NCBI RefSeq assembly: GCF_016432865.1
Contig: NC_067400.1
Span: 629,362,001-629,426,000 of the forward strand
Direction of reading: 5' to 3'
Length of the DNA stretch: 64,000 bases
Source of the DNA: Antechinus flavipes
Taxonomy: Eukaryota
The notes beneath the pieces are model-generated. The model saw only the letters and a list, made by a program, of their open reading frames with translations, was not told where the DNA came from and made no database searches. Shown here in pieces: positions 59,900 through 64,000 of the stretch; the first letter of the stretch is position 1, and each line of letters opens with the position of its first letter. Position numbers and translations under genes: made by a program.

Positions 59900-60272
59900 C
59901 GCCGCAGCCCCTGGGTTGGAGGGAGGCGCTTTGGAGCGGAGGCCGCTAGGGCCCGTCACACAAGTGCCCAACTCGTTCCGTGGCGCAAGTCCCTCCCGTG
60001 GCGCCCCACGAGACCCGCCCCCCAGGTCCCAAGGAGGGCGCTAGCCTCTGGGCACGCGTGGCTGGCTCCGCCCGGTGCGGGGGCGTGATCACGCTCCGAT
60101 CGCGCGCGGGGGGGGAAGGCGGCGTGGCGTGGGCTGGGTGGGGGGAGCTTTCCTCCGCCCCCCGCGCCGGTGGCACTTTGCAGACGATCCCCGGAGCTGG
60201 GCATGGGCGCCGCCACTGCTCCCGGGGCCGGAGTCCGCGCCGCGCGGGTGGGTGAGCGTGGGACCGTGGGCG

Positions 60273-60307
<35 letters not shown>

Positions 60308-60734
60308 AAGGTATAAGGAAGAGGGGAGATCGGCCGGACCTTTAGCCCAATCTTGAGTCCCCAACCTCGATGCGAGCCAGGGGGGCCCCGTGGGACAAAG
60401 GGCGGGGGCGGAGGGGGGCCCCACGCGAGACGCACCCCTTCCCCCTCCCCTGCCAAGGCGCATGCGCTGGCGGCTCCAGTACCATCGGACAATGGGGACC
60501 GGAGGTCCACGCGTGTGCGGGCGGGTTGCGTGGAGCATCGGGGCTGCGGGGGAGGAGGGATGCCCGCGCTGGCGTGGGGACTGTCCATCGCTCCCCGCTG
60601 TCCCAGGTGTTCCACTCCGGCCCGGGCCGCTCTCCGTGCCCCCGCCCCTCCCCTTCCCCCAGCTCACCTGTGGCTGGTCTCTCATCCAGTGCCCCTGAGG
60701 CGCCGGGAAGCCAGGGTCCGGCCGAGGCTGCGTC
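59900..60734 (+). promoter_or_regulatory. CCDC106 CpG island, promoter and 5'UTR
   Basis: CpG-rich, with perfect NRF1 GCGCATGCGC at 60458-60467, a candidate donor GTGAGC at 60252 and a (GT)n at ~60276-60305. Confidence 0.6.
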
Positions 60735-62858
<2,124 letters not shown>

Positions 62859-64000
62859 TCCCAATTCCTGTCCCCAGATTCTCCCAGAGCCAGCTGCCAT
62901 CTGTCACCTGCCTTCTGTCCCCTCCGTCCTGCATCCTCAGCCTCGAGGCTCTTGGGCCTGGATGCCCAAGGCAGCTGGGGCCTATCCCCGTCCGTTGGTG
63001 GAGAGATCCCACATGGACCATCACGTTTCTCCCGCCTGGACCCACCCCCTCACCCCCCAGCTGTTAGCCTTCAGGTGCTGCCTCCTCTTCCCATTTGGCT
63101 GCTTCAAGCGGCCCCTCCGGCTCCCACTCCATGACTCTGCTTCCCCTCGAAGCGGGTTTTTCAAGCGACAATCCTGTTCCCTGTGCTCTTGAGGTGTCCT
63201 CCAGAGGCAGCGGCTGGCTCGTGTCCTACGCTCTCACGGGGCTCCTGTCCACCCCTTCTCACCAGGGAACCCCTTATGGCCCAAAATGGTTCTTCTGTCC
63301 CAGGACCGATAGGTCATTTACCACTGTACCTTGCCCGCCCGGGCCCCTTAATGGTGGCCCTCAAGGAGCCCCACAAAGGCCCAGATCTTGGGTGGGATTC
63401 TGCCCCTCCCTTTCCTCCCTTCAGCACCCTCTCCCCCAGCAAGGATGTGTGTGTGTGTGTGTGTGTCCCCGCATAAGCGGTGCGTTTATATGATGTTCCA
63501 GGGGGTGAGGGTGGGTCTTGCTGGCTCCTCTCGGGGAGCCAGTGTATCTGTATGTATATATTATCTTCCATGCTATCAGCCTCAGTTTCCCAACCCCGCG
63601 GCCCTGGTTTGCGTTCCTTGATTCCGAATCGGATCTCCTCGTCCCAAACGCAAGCTGAGATGCCAGGGCGTTCTGCAGGGGCTCCCCCAGTGGCCGGGCT
63701 CGGGTGCATTTAGAGTCCCGGCTTCTCCTCACTGCTCTGGCTAGGACTCCACTCTCCTCCCTTCCCTTCCCTAGCCCTGTTTCCTTCTGCGAGACCTTGG
63801 ATAAGTCCTTTCCACGCTGGGTCTCCGGGGCTTGGCCTCCCGCTCCCACTCCAAGCGCCCGGGGTGGGGGGGCAGCCCTCGCCCCTTCCCGGGAGGGGGC
63901 GGGGACCAAGAAGGGGGGCGCTCCCTCCCCGCAGCTCCCTGGGGCGCCCGGGATCAACAGAAATGAATTATTCACAGAGTTTAAATTAAAAGTTAACCAG

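Overview
Eukaryotic genomic DNA from a marsupial, probably a dasyurid judging by its L1 3' ends, WSINE1-type SINEs and RTE LINEs. It is syntenic with the human 19q13.42 cluster. Gene order is FIZ1 (-, 3' end runs off the window), ZNF524 (+), ZNF865 (+), ZNF580 (+), ZNF581 (+) and CCDC106 (+). The genes sit in GC/CpG-rich islands separated by AT-rich intervals full of L1, L2, RTE, SINE and solo-LTR remnants and several tandem repeats. No tRNA, rRNA or CRISPR array was recognised. The strongest oddities are: (1) a 1-nt frameshift in CCDC106 coding exon 2, which could be an assembly error or be rescued by an alternative acceptor or intron retention; (2) a ~129-aa acidic coding minisatellite inside FIZ1; (3) a FIZ1 leader in which a uORF stop is built across a predicted splice junction and is followed directly by an ATG that opens an overlapping frame; (4) no ZNF784 where human has it, with an orphan CpG-rich, stop-poor segment there instead; (5) a three-layer nested insertion (unknown stop-poor sequence, then L1, then solo LTR) with intact target-site duplications. 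Gene names rest on my recall of the human orthologue sequences. No database search was run. I found no convincing evidence of a wholly new biological system.
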